The position numbers and the translations under genes are program-made. From Candidatus Methylomirabilis sp. (GTDB taxonomy: Bacteria; Methylomirabilota; Methylomirabilia; Methylomirabilales; Methylomirabilaceae), in the NCBI GenBank assembly GCA_041498975.1, contig JBGQJI010000027.1, forward strand, positions 1-25,028: a DNA stretch of 25,028 nucleotides. Direction: 5' to 3'. Below are positions 8,252-15,380 of the stretch, piece after piece. The notes below the pieces were generated by a model. That model was not told the origin of the DNA and did no database searches. It saw only the letters and a program-made list of their open reading frames with translations. Within the stretch, counting starts at the first letter, position 1, and every line of letters begins with the position of its first letter.

Positions 8252-9290
8252 CGTGATGCGCTTTCGCGAATGGGGAGAAGAGGACCTTGGTGGCGCGCCC
8301 GTCTCGCTGCAGCCGGGCCCCCTCATCGAATCGGGTGAGGTCCAGCCTGTGACTCACCAGCGGGAGGGTCTTGACCTTGCCAGAGGCCAGGAGGTGGATC
8401 GCCTCCCCGAGCTCTGCCGGCGTGGTCGAGTAGGTGGCGATGAGGGAAAGCTCCTGTCGGTAGAAAGCGGTCAGATCGATCGGCATGTGCCCCGCGCCAC
8501 TGGCCTCCGCGAAAAGATTGACCCTTCCCCCGCCGCGAAGGGAAGCGATCACCGCTTCCAGGATCGGCGCGCTGACCGCGGTGAGGATGGCCCCGTCGAT
8601 CCCTTCCCCTTGCGTCAGTTGCAGAAGGGCCATCCTCACATCCGATCCGGCGACATTCAGGGTGGATTCAAGCCCGAGGTTCCGAGCCAGATCAAGACGC
8701 TCCTCGCGGAGATCAACGCAGATCGCCCTGGCGCCCCGAAGCTCGACGGCCTGCGCAACCAGCAGCCCCATGCAGCCTGCGCCCACCACGGCAATCTGAT
8801 CACCCGGCTGGACGTCGGACCGCTTCACCGCGCGCAAGGCGCAGGCCAACGGCTCCATGAAGGTGCCCGCCTCGTCCGGAAGGGCGTCAGGGATCGAAAA
8901 GGCCGCCTGCTCCACCTGCAGGGCAGGAATCCGGATGAGCTCGGCAAATCCGCCGGGATCGATGTTGGTCGCCTTGAACTGCGGGCACATTGACTCGTTG
9001 CCATGGCGACAGTAGCGGCAGCGGCCACAAGGGACGTGATGCGCCACCGCCAGGCGATCACCCGGGGCAAATCGCGTGACGCCTTCCCCTACTGCCTTGA
9101 CGACTCCCACCACCTCGTGGCCCAATGGGACCGGCCGCTCCGTTTGGTTGCCCCCAAAGATCTTGGCCAGGTCAGATCCGCATAGGCCACACGCCCTCAT
9201 CTCCAGGAGCAATTCCCCCGTTCCTATGGCAGGGACCGGCATCTCCACGAGCTCGACGATCCCCGGTCCGCGCAACTGGACTGCCCTCAT
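8232..9290 (-). CDS. Zinc-binding dehydrogenase (MDR family)
   Basis: GLCGSD, GHE, CGRCRYC-x7-C, EPLAC, GAGCMG. Start MRAVQLRG at ATG 9290. Confidence 0.92.
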   Translation of the reverse strand: MRAVQLRGPGIVELVEMPVPAIGTGELLLEMRACGLCGSDLAKIFGGNQTERPVPLGHEVVGVVKAVGEGVTRFAPGDRLAVAHHVPCGRCRYCRHGNESMCPQFKATNIDPGGFAELIRIPALQVEQAAFSIPDALPDEAGTFMEPLACALRAVKRSDVQPGDQIAVVGAGCMGLLVAQAVELRGARAICVDLREERLDLARNLGLESTLNVAGSDVRMALLQLTQGEGIDGAILTAVSAPILEAVIASLRGGGRVNLFAEASGAGHMPIDLTAFYRQELSLIATYSTTPAELGEAIHLLASGKVKTLPLVSHRLDLTRFDEGARLQRDGRATKVLFSPFAKAHHDGSERP

Positions 9291-9413
9291 CCGCCGACCC
9301 CTAGTGCCGTTCCAACTTGTTGCGGCCAATCGCCGACAGACATCCTGCTTTACGGTTTTTCAAATATCGCTATCCCCGGTCTCACCAGTATGGCGCAAGG
9401 AGTTGGAACGGCA

Positions 9414-9950
9414 CTAGGCCGATATTCCCTTCTTCTTGAGCTCCGCCTTCAACTCCTCAACTTGCCGCCTCAGGTCAAGAAGTTCTTTCTCTTTAAAGGC
9501 CAGTACGGAGTCTTTTGCTTTCACCTGCTCCTGAAGTTGACTGTGATACTGGCGCCACCGAGCGAGCTCTACCCGGTCGTGCTCCCGAGCCTTGAGTTGC
9601 TCCTCCAACCCCTGAATGCGTCGCTCGAGTGCGGCGGGAGCTGGCCCCTTTGTCGGAGCCGGCGTCCGCCTGGGCTTCATCACGGCGGGAGCCGGCTTGG
9701 GCTTGGGTCTCGCGGGAGCTGCCCTGGGCTTCGGCTTTGCGAGAGCCGGTCTGCGCTTTGCGGGCGCCGGCTTGCGCTTGAGCTTCGGCTTCGCGAGAGC
9801 CGGTTTGCGCTTTGCGGAAGCTAGCTTACGCTTGGGCTTGACAGCGGCCGCCCCCGGTCTCCGACCCGCCTTTGGAACAGCCGCCCTTTTTCGCGTTGCG
9901 GACTTCGCCGAAACCCTTCGCCCCTTCGACGACTTCATCCCCTTTGCCAT
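9414..9950 (-). CDS. Lys/Ala/Pro/Arg-rich histone H1-like protein with C-terminal coiled coil
   Basis: SD GGAGGAGG. About 110 aa of very basic KPK/PAPAK repeats, then about 60 aa of heptad-rich helix (LERRIQGLEEQLK...LRRQVEELKAEL). Confidence 0.75.
   Translation of the reverse strand: MAKGMKSSKGRRVSAKSATRKRAAVPKAGRRPGAAAVKPKRKLASAKRKPALAKPKLKRKPAPAKRRPALAKPKPRAAPARPKPKPAPAVMKPRRTPAPTKGPAPAALERRIQGLEEQLKAREHDRVELARWRQYHSQLQEQVKAKDSVLAFKEKELLDLRRQVEELKAELKKKGISA
9728..9835. repeat. 54-bp (18-codon) tandem duplication within the H1-like gene
   Basis: gcttcggctttgcgagagccggtctgcgctttgcgg at 9728 and gcttcggcttcgcgagagccggtttgcgctttgcgg at 9782. Confidence 0.85.
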
Positions 9951-9968
9951 CGTCCCCTCCTCCGTGAA

Positions 9969-10118
9969 GAGTTCACAGTTCAGAGTTCATGGTTCGTGGT
10001 CGAGAGGCAAGTGCGACACAGGCAATCAGCCTACAGCAATCAGCGATCAGCAAGATGGACAGAACGAGTTGTTGGCAAGCTTCTGTTCAAGCCGAAAGCC
10101 GATGGCTGACAACTGAAC
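9969..10118. repeat. Intergenic heptamer tandem repeats forming an inverted (hairpin) pair
   Basis: gagttca/cagttca/gagttca/tggttcg (9969-9996). gcaatca/gcctaca/gcaatca/gcgatca (10022-10049) faces gccgaaa/gccgatg/gctgaca/actgaac (10091-10118), with inner stem acagaa/ttctgt. Confidence 0.75.
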
Positions 10119-10127
10119 CCTTCCGCG

Positions 10128-10490
10128 TTATCCTGCTGTTTTCTGCCGCGCGCAGAGTTCACAGGGACACCTGGCCCGGAGCGAATCGTACGTGTAGATC
10201 CCGGTGTCGTGCCCGTCGCTCCAGGTAAAGTTCAACGCATACCACCCGACCGGCTGATAATCTTTCACCTGCGCCTCGCCACGCTTCAGGACCGGGCCAC
10301 TGAGGACGAGGAGCCCTCCGGCGGACTGCCGCTTGCTCCGTGCATCGTCACACGACGCGCACGGGCAGTCGCGTCGAAGGTCATCGAAGGAGTAGACACT
10401 TCGATGCCCGTCCTTCCAGGTGATGATCAGGACACGCTCTTGCCGATCGACGATAATCTCTGCCGGGTCAGACGATACTGCCTGAATCAT
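10128..10490 (-). CDS. DUF971/GBBH-like N-terminal domain protein
   Basis: ITWKDGH, LRRDCPCASC, VGWYAL-FTWSDGHDTGIYTY-LR and a terminal CPCELC. Confidence 0.9.
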   Translation of the reverse strand: MIQAVSSDPAEIIVDRQERVLIITWKDGHRSVYSFDDLRRDCPCASCDDARSKRQSAGGLLVLSGPVLKRGEAQVKDYQPVGWYALNFTWSDGHDTGIYTYDSLRARCPCELCARQKTAG

Positions 10491-10500
10491 CCGTCCCCCA

Positions 10501-10785
10501 TCATTTCCAATCAGGGCTAGGGACGCCTGGAATGTCCCGCTGCTGCCGGATCGCCCGGCCCCGAGAGATGGCGCGGAGTAGCAACCGCCCCTCCTCCGTC
10601 TCCCGCTCGAGGTGAGGGATCAGATCTCCGTAGCGGACGACCTGCTCCCCGGCTCTGGCAAAGATCTGCTTGGGATCGATCTTGTACTGCTCGAACCACC
10701 GCTTCACCTCGGCAATCGCCTCTTCCTTCGTCAGCAGCGGGGGCTCCGTCTGCTCGGGGCCCGTGACGGGTGGCTCCCCATTCAT
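10501..10785 (-). CDS. Hypothetical protein (94 aa)
   Basis: GAGGAG SD 9 nt upstream of ATG 10785, host-like codon usage, and it fits between folD and the DUF971 gene. Confidence 0.7.
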   Translation of the reverse strand: MNGEPPVTGPEQTEPPLLTKEEAIAEVKRWFEQYKIDPKQIFARAGEQVVRYGDLIPHLERETEEGRLLLRAISRGRAIRQQRDIPGVPSPDWK

Positions 10786-10883
10786 CGAGCATTGCTCCTC
10801 GGCCATACGATATCACCGCACCTGCCGAAACGAGCTCCAGGAGTGCTCCTCCACGGGGCCGGATTCGAGGGTGGACATGCGCT

Positions 10884-11786
10884 CTATCGCCCTTCGACCT
10901 CACGGAGCGATCCGACCCCAGCGGGACCGGCAACGCCACACGCGCGGCGACAGGCGTCCACGGTGTTTTTCAGTAACATGGCCACCGTCATCGGCCCAAC
11001 CCCGCCTGGGACAGGGGTGATCAGCGAGGCCTTTTCCGCAACCTCTCGAAACTCTACGTCCCCCACCACGCGTCCATCGGCAAGGCGATTAACGCCAACG
11101 TCGATCACCACAACGCCTTCCTTCACCATGGAGCCCGTCACCAGGCCCGGCTGGCCTGCGGCCACCACCAGGATGTCGGCTTGCCGCGTATGAAAGGCGA
11201 GATCTCGAGTCTTGATGTGGCAGATGGTGACGGTGGCTTGATGCTGGAGCAGCAGAAAGGCCGTCGGCTTGCCGACCACCACGCTCCACCCGACGATCAC
11301 GGCATGCTTCCCTTCGATCTCCACATTGGTTCGGTTCAGCAGCTCAAGAATACCCAGCGGCGTGGAAGCCACGAACTGCGGGCTGCCGACCAACAGGCCG
11401 CCGAGGTTGGAAGGGTGGAACCCGTCCACATCCTTGTTCGGAAGGATCGTCTCCAAGACCCGCCTCTCGCTGATATGGGTGGGCAGGGGGAGTTGCACCA
11501 GGATGGCGTGAACGGAAGGATCGCGGTTGAGGCGTTCGATTTCCTCGAGGAGTGAAGCTTGCGGCAGGTCGGCCGGCAGTTCCACGCGGCGCGAGACGAT
11601 CCCGACCTCCTGACAAGCTCGGGCCTTGTTTCGCACGTAAGTGGCCGAGGCCGGATCGTTCCCCACCAGTATTGCCGCCAAGCACGGAACCGTTCCGGTC
11701 TGAGCCGCGAGTGCCGCAACCTCGAGGCGCACTTCCCGGCGAATCTCCTGCGCGATCGACGTGCCGTCGAGGATCCGTGCTGCCAT
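10884..11786 (-). CDS. folD: Bifunctional methylenetetrahydrofolate dehydrogenase/cyclohydrolase
   Basis: YVRNK, ILVQLPLP, KDVDGFHP, VGKP, VIDVGVNR, ITPVPGGVGPMTVAML. Confidence 0.98.
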   Translation of the reverse strand: MAARILDGTSIAQEIRREVRLEVAALAAQTGTVPCLAAILVGNDPASATYVRNKARACQEVGIVSRRVELPADLPQASLLEEIERLNRDPSVHAILVQLPLPTHISERRVLETILPNKDVDGFHPSNLGGLLVGSPQFVASTPLGILELLNRTNVEIEGKHAVIVGWSVVVGKPTAFLLLQHQATVTICHIKTRDLAFHTRQADILVVAAGQPGLVTGSMVKEGVVVIDVGVNRLADGRVVGDVEFREVAEKASLITPVPGGVGPMTVAMLLKNTVDACRRACGVAGPAGVGSLREVEGR

Positions 11787-11795
11787 TCGATCGCC

Positions 11796-12572
11796 TCAGG
11801 GCTCCCGCTGGATCCGTACGATCGAGGTCGCACGTCCGCTCCGCTCGTCGATCTCCACCACCGCTCCGCAGAGCTGGGGAGCCCCGGTGGCCGGGCGAAA
11901 CTTCTTCGGAAGGCCGGTGACGAACCTTTCGATCGGCCCCTCGATGCTCATCCCGATGACCGAGTCGCGACCGCCGGTCATCCCCGCATCGGTCAGGTAT
12001 GCCGTCCCCCCTGGAAGGATGCGCTCGTCTGCGGTCTGGACGTGGCTGTGGGAGCCGATCACGGCCGAGACCCTCCCGTCCACATACCAGCCAAACGCCT
12101 GTTTCTCCGCCGTCGCCTCCCCGTGAAAATCGACAAAGATGAGTGCGGTCTCTCGCCGTAGCCGCCCGATTTCACGGTCACCGACCCGGAACGGGCAGTC
12201 GGTGGGGGGCATGAACGCCCGCCCCTGGAGATTCAACACCCCCACCGGACAGCCGCCCAGCTCCAAGACCAGGCTTCCCTTGCCAGGCGCCTGTTCAGGG
12301 TAGTTCGCGGGTCGCAGGAGCCGTCCCTCTTTGGCGATGTACTCTTCGACCTCTTTCTTATCCCAGATGTGATTTCCCGAGGTGAGGACATCGACGCCGA
12401 GAGCAAACATCTCTTCCGCCACGGCAGGCGTCACGCCGAAGCCACCGGCCAGGTTTTCGCTATTCGCGATGACCAAGTCGATGCGCTGCTCTTCGGCCAG
12501 GCGCGGCAACACCGACGCCACGACCTCACGGCCGGGTTGGCCGATCACGTCCCCGATGAATAAGATTCGCAT
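11796..12572 (-). CDS. ymdB: YmdB-like metallophosphoesterase (TIGR00282)
   Basis: LFIGDVIG, NSEN, TSGNHIWD, RPANYP, DFHGEATAEK, GSHSHVQTAD, TDAGMTG; downstream of rny as in the conserved rny-ymdB pair. Confidence 0.95.
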   Translation of the reverse strand: MRILFIGDVIGQPGREVVASVLPRLAEEQRIDLVIANSENLAGGFGVTPAVAEEMFALGVDVLTSGNHIWDKKEVEEYIAKEGRLLRPANYPEQAPGKGSLVLELGGCPVGVLNLQGRAFMPPTDCPFRVGDREIGRLRRETALIFVDFHGEATAEKQAFGWYVDGRVSAVIGSHSHVQTADERILPGGTAYLTDAGMTGGRDSVIGMSIEGPIERFVTGLPKKFRPATGAPQLCGAVVEIDERSGRATSIVRIQREP

Positions 12573-12580
12573 AGTATTAC

Positions 12581-12661
12581 GGTGCGACGTGCCAAGTGCG
12601 GGGTGCGAAATACACTAGATTAGAACGCCGACATCGCACCTCGGACCTCGCACCTCGCACT
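12581..12661. repeat. Inverted heptamer repeat arrays between rny and ymdB
   Basis: ggtgcga/cgtgcca/agtgcgg/ggtgcga (12581-12608) faces tcgcacc/tcggacc/tcgcacc/tcgcact (12634-12661). Confidence 0.8.
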
Positions 12662-12664
12662 GAT

Positions 12665-14230
12665 TTATTTTGCATACTCGACTGCGCGCGTCTCTCGAAT
12701 GACAGTGACCTTGATGTGGCCGGGGTATTGCAGCTCCTCTTCGATCCGCTTCGCGACGTCCCGCGACAGTTGATACGCCTGGATGTCCGACACCTCACTG
12801 CTTTCGACGATGATCCGGACCTCTCGTCCGGCCTGGATGGCGTATGTCTTGCTGACGCCGGCGAAGGAGTTGGCGATCTTCTCCAACCCCTCCAGCCGCT
12901 TCACGTAGCTTTCCAGCAACTCGCGTCTGGCCCCAGGCCTGGCCGCAGAGATCGTGTCCGCCGTCTGGAGGATCACGGCCTCCAGACAGGTGATCTCCAC
13001 ATCCTCGTGATGCGCGGCGATCGCGTTCACCACCTTGGGGTGCTCCCCGTACTTCTTGGCCAGCTCGGCCGAAATGGTGACATGCGTCCCTTCCATACTG
13101 ACATCGGCCGACTTCCCGATATCGTGGAGCAACCCTGCCCGCTTGGCCACCTTGGCATCGAGCCCCAGCTCAGCGGCGATCACCGCTGCGAGCTGCGCCA
13201 CCTCGATGGTGTGCTGAAGCTGGTTCTGGGAATAGCTGGTCCGGTATTTGAGTCGCCCGACCAAACGGACGAGCTCCGGGTGTAGCCCCGTGATCCCCAG
13301 CTCGAAAGCCGCCGTTTCGCCCGCTTTCTTGATGTCGTCCTCGATCTCCGCCTTGACCTTTTCCACGACTTCTTCGATGCGAGCCGGATGGATCCGCCCG
13401 TCCGTGATGAGGCGTTGCAGCGCCTCCTTGGCGATGGCCCGCCGGATCGAATCGAAACCGGACAGGATCACCGCCTCGGGGGTATCGTCCACGATGACAT
13501 CGATCCCTGTCGCGCGTTCGAAGGCCCGGATGTTCCGTCCCTCCCGGCCGATGATCCGCCCCTTCATCTCCTCGTTGGGCAAATCAACCACAGAGACCGT
13601 GGACTCCATGACGAACTCCGGCGCGCACTTATCAACAGCGATGGCCAGGATCTCCTTTGCCTTCTCGTCGGCGGCCGCCCTCGTCTCGTCCTCAAGCCGC
13701 TTGAAGAGCGCCATGGCCTCAAGCTTGGCCTCATGCTCGAAATTCTGGAGCAGGAGCTTCTTGGCCTCCTCGGCTGTGAGGCCGGAAATCCGCTCCAGTT
13801 GTCGCTGCGCTTCCTCCAATACCTGAGTGCACCGGTTCTCCCTGTCGGCTGCCGTCCGCTCCTTGTTCCCGAGCTCTCGTTCCCGCGAACCCAGATCGCG
13901 GTCGCGCCGCTCGAACTGCTCGGTCTTCCGATCCAGGGTCTCTTCTTTCTGGGCCAGGCGCCGCTCCACGCTTTGGACCTCCTGCCGGCGATCCTTGACC
14001 TCCCGCTCCAGATCCGCCTTTGCCTGGTGCGCTCGTTCCTTGGCCTCAAGCTCGACCTCCCTTCGCTTGGTCTCCGCTTGCTTCTCGGCCTCCTGCAATA
14101 TCCGGGCGGCTAAGGTCTCCGCCTCGGCCACTTTACTCTCCACCACCCGTTTTCTTAGCAGGTACCCAACTATCACGCTAGCGGCCGCCACGATCAGGAC
14201 GATCGCCAACTGCATCACTCCTATATTCAA
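12665..14230 (-). CDS. rny: Ribonuclease Y
   Basis: N-terminal TM helix, coiled coil, KH domain ([14 protein letters not shown]), HD domain (LLHDIGK), [12 protein letters not shown] start with GGAGG SD; alternative ATG 14215. Confidence 0.98.
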   Translation of the reverse strand: MNIGVMQLAIVLIVAAASVIVGYLLRKRVVESKVAEAETLAARILQEAEKQAETKRREVELEAKERAHQAKADLEREVKDRRQEVQSVERRLAQKEETLDRKTEQFERRDRDLGSRERELGNKERTAADRENRCTQVLEEAQRQLERISGLTAEEAKKLLLQNFEHEAKLEAMALFKRLEDETRAAADEKAKEILAIAVDKCAPEFVMESTVSVVDLPNEEMKGRIIGREGRNIRAFERATGIDVIVDDTPEAVILSGFDSIRRAIAKEALQRLITDGRIHPARIEEVVEKVKAEIEDDIKKAGETAAFELGITGLHPELVRLVGRLKYRTSYSQNQLQHTIEVAQLAAVIAAELGLDAKVAKRAGLLHDIGKSADVSMEGTHVTISAELAKKYGEHPKVVNAIAAHHEDVEITCLEAVILQTADTISAARPGARRELLESYVKRLEGLEKIANSFAGVSKTYAIQAGREVRIIVESSEVSDIQAYQLSRDVAKRIEEELQYPGHIKVTVIRETRAVEYAK

Positions 14231-14407
14231 CGGAGGTCCACCTCCTCTCGAGCGACTCGTGCCACAGCCGAAAACCGCACAGGCTGATAGAGGACAGGAT
14301 CAGCGAGAATGGGATAAGGAGAAGGCGGTTGAGCCGAGGCGGGAGAGAGAGAAAGAGAGAAGTTTACCAGCTCTGAGAATGGGCGGCGACGGAGGAGGGG
14401 AAAGGGG

Positions 14408-14597
14408 AGGACCCCCCACCTTTGTGCCGTTTGAGGGATGAGGTTTGAACCTCGCTCACGAGGTGGTCGCCCAGGCAGCGCTTCAGGCTCTCCCCGCGGA
14501 AGGCGGGGCTATGCACACCACGCTGCGGCGCGGGCGCCTCTTCTTTAACTGTTGGTTCAAAACACGAGCCCTCATCACGAACACGGCAGGGGGTCTC
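14408..14597 (-). ncRNA. ssrS: 6S RNA
   Basis: About 190-nt rod: 5' GACCCCCTGCCGTG pairs with 3' GGTGGGGGGTC, TTTGAACC pairs with GGTTCAAA, central AT-rich bubble, GTGCAT...GCCTGAA motif. Canonical position downstream of zapA. Confidence 0.88.
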
Positions 14598-14662
14598 TTT
14601 CGACTCATGCAGCAGCTTAGAATCCACCGCAGCCCTCTTTCTCAACCTACGCTCCTCTCATC

Positions 14663-14983
14663 TCAGGCTCGGGACCGCCGCCTCGGGGAGCCGCCTGTTC
14701 CCTCTTCGAGTTCGGCCTGCAACAGATCTGATAATTCACCGAGCCTTGCCGCTATCGACGCCTCGGACCGTTCCTTCTCTGCTTCACCTTTAAAGAAGTC
14801 GTCTGCGATATTCAAGGAGGCCAAGACGACCGCCTTATTGGACGGGAGCGAGGGAGATCCTTTCCCGACCTCTCCCAGCTTTTCGTCAACGTACTTCGCG
14901 ACCCTCCGGACGTATGCCGGGTCTTCTGCGGAACGGATGGTGTACTGCTCTCCCCGGATGGTCACGCTGATCAACTGTTCCAT
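14663..14983 (-). CDS. zapA: Cell division protein ZapA
   Basis: VTIRGEQYTIRS, YVRRVAKYVDEK, AVVLASLNIADD; SD GAGGGTGG. Confidence 0.93.
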   Translation of the reverse strand: MEQLISVTIRGEQYTIRSAEDPAYVRRVAKYVDEKLGEVGKGSPSLPSNKAVVLASLNIADDFFKGEAEKERSEASIAARLGELSDLLQAELEEGTGGSPRRRSRA

Positions 14984-14990
14984 GCCACCC

Positions 14991-15275
14991 TCAGGCTTGA
15001 GGCTCGACGGAGGCCTCGATTCTCGCGACCTCCTCCAGCAAGCGATCGACCCTGAGCCTGACCTCCTCGCGTTCCTCCAGCATCTGACTGAGCTGTTCCT
15101 GATCCTTCTTCCGCTCGGCCTCAAGGGCCTTCATCTGTTCCGTCTGGCCCTTGATGACGTCCTGCAGCTCTTCGACCCGCCGCCCCAATATTGCCTTCTC
15201 TCCCCTGACCTTGGCCAGGAGGGCCACGGTCGCCTTGATCCGAGCCTCCAGCTCCTTCAGCTTTTCGGCGATCAT
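14991..15275 (-). CDS. ZapB-like coiled-coil protein
   Basis: Continuous coiled coil (LKELEARI...EREEVRLRVDRLL) directly upstream of zapA. Start may be 15326. Confidence 0.75.
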   Translation of the reverse strand: MIAEKLKELEARIKATVALLAKVRGEKAILGRRVEELQDVIKGQTEQMKALEAERKKDQEQLSQMLEEREEVRLRVDRLLEEVARIEASVEPQA

Positions 15276-15344
15276 TTCCCGGCCTTGCTCTGAAGGCCGC
15301 TCGGGTATCAGGCTCGGCTGCTTCATGGCTCTTGATCGGTTGTG

Positions 15345-15373
15345 AGCCTATCAAAGCGACTCACCCTTGTAAA
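15345..15373 (-). promoter_or_regulatory. Putative promoter of the zapB-zapA unit
   Basis: TTTACA-17 nt-TAGGCT with TGn extended -10, just after the pheT stop. Confidence 0.55.
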
Positions 15374-15380
15374 GCGAAAA

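Noticed and set aside
9969..10118. CRISPR array
   Set aside because: Units are 7-nt degenerate tandem repeats with no spacers and no cas genes.
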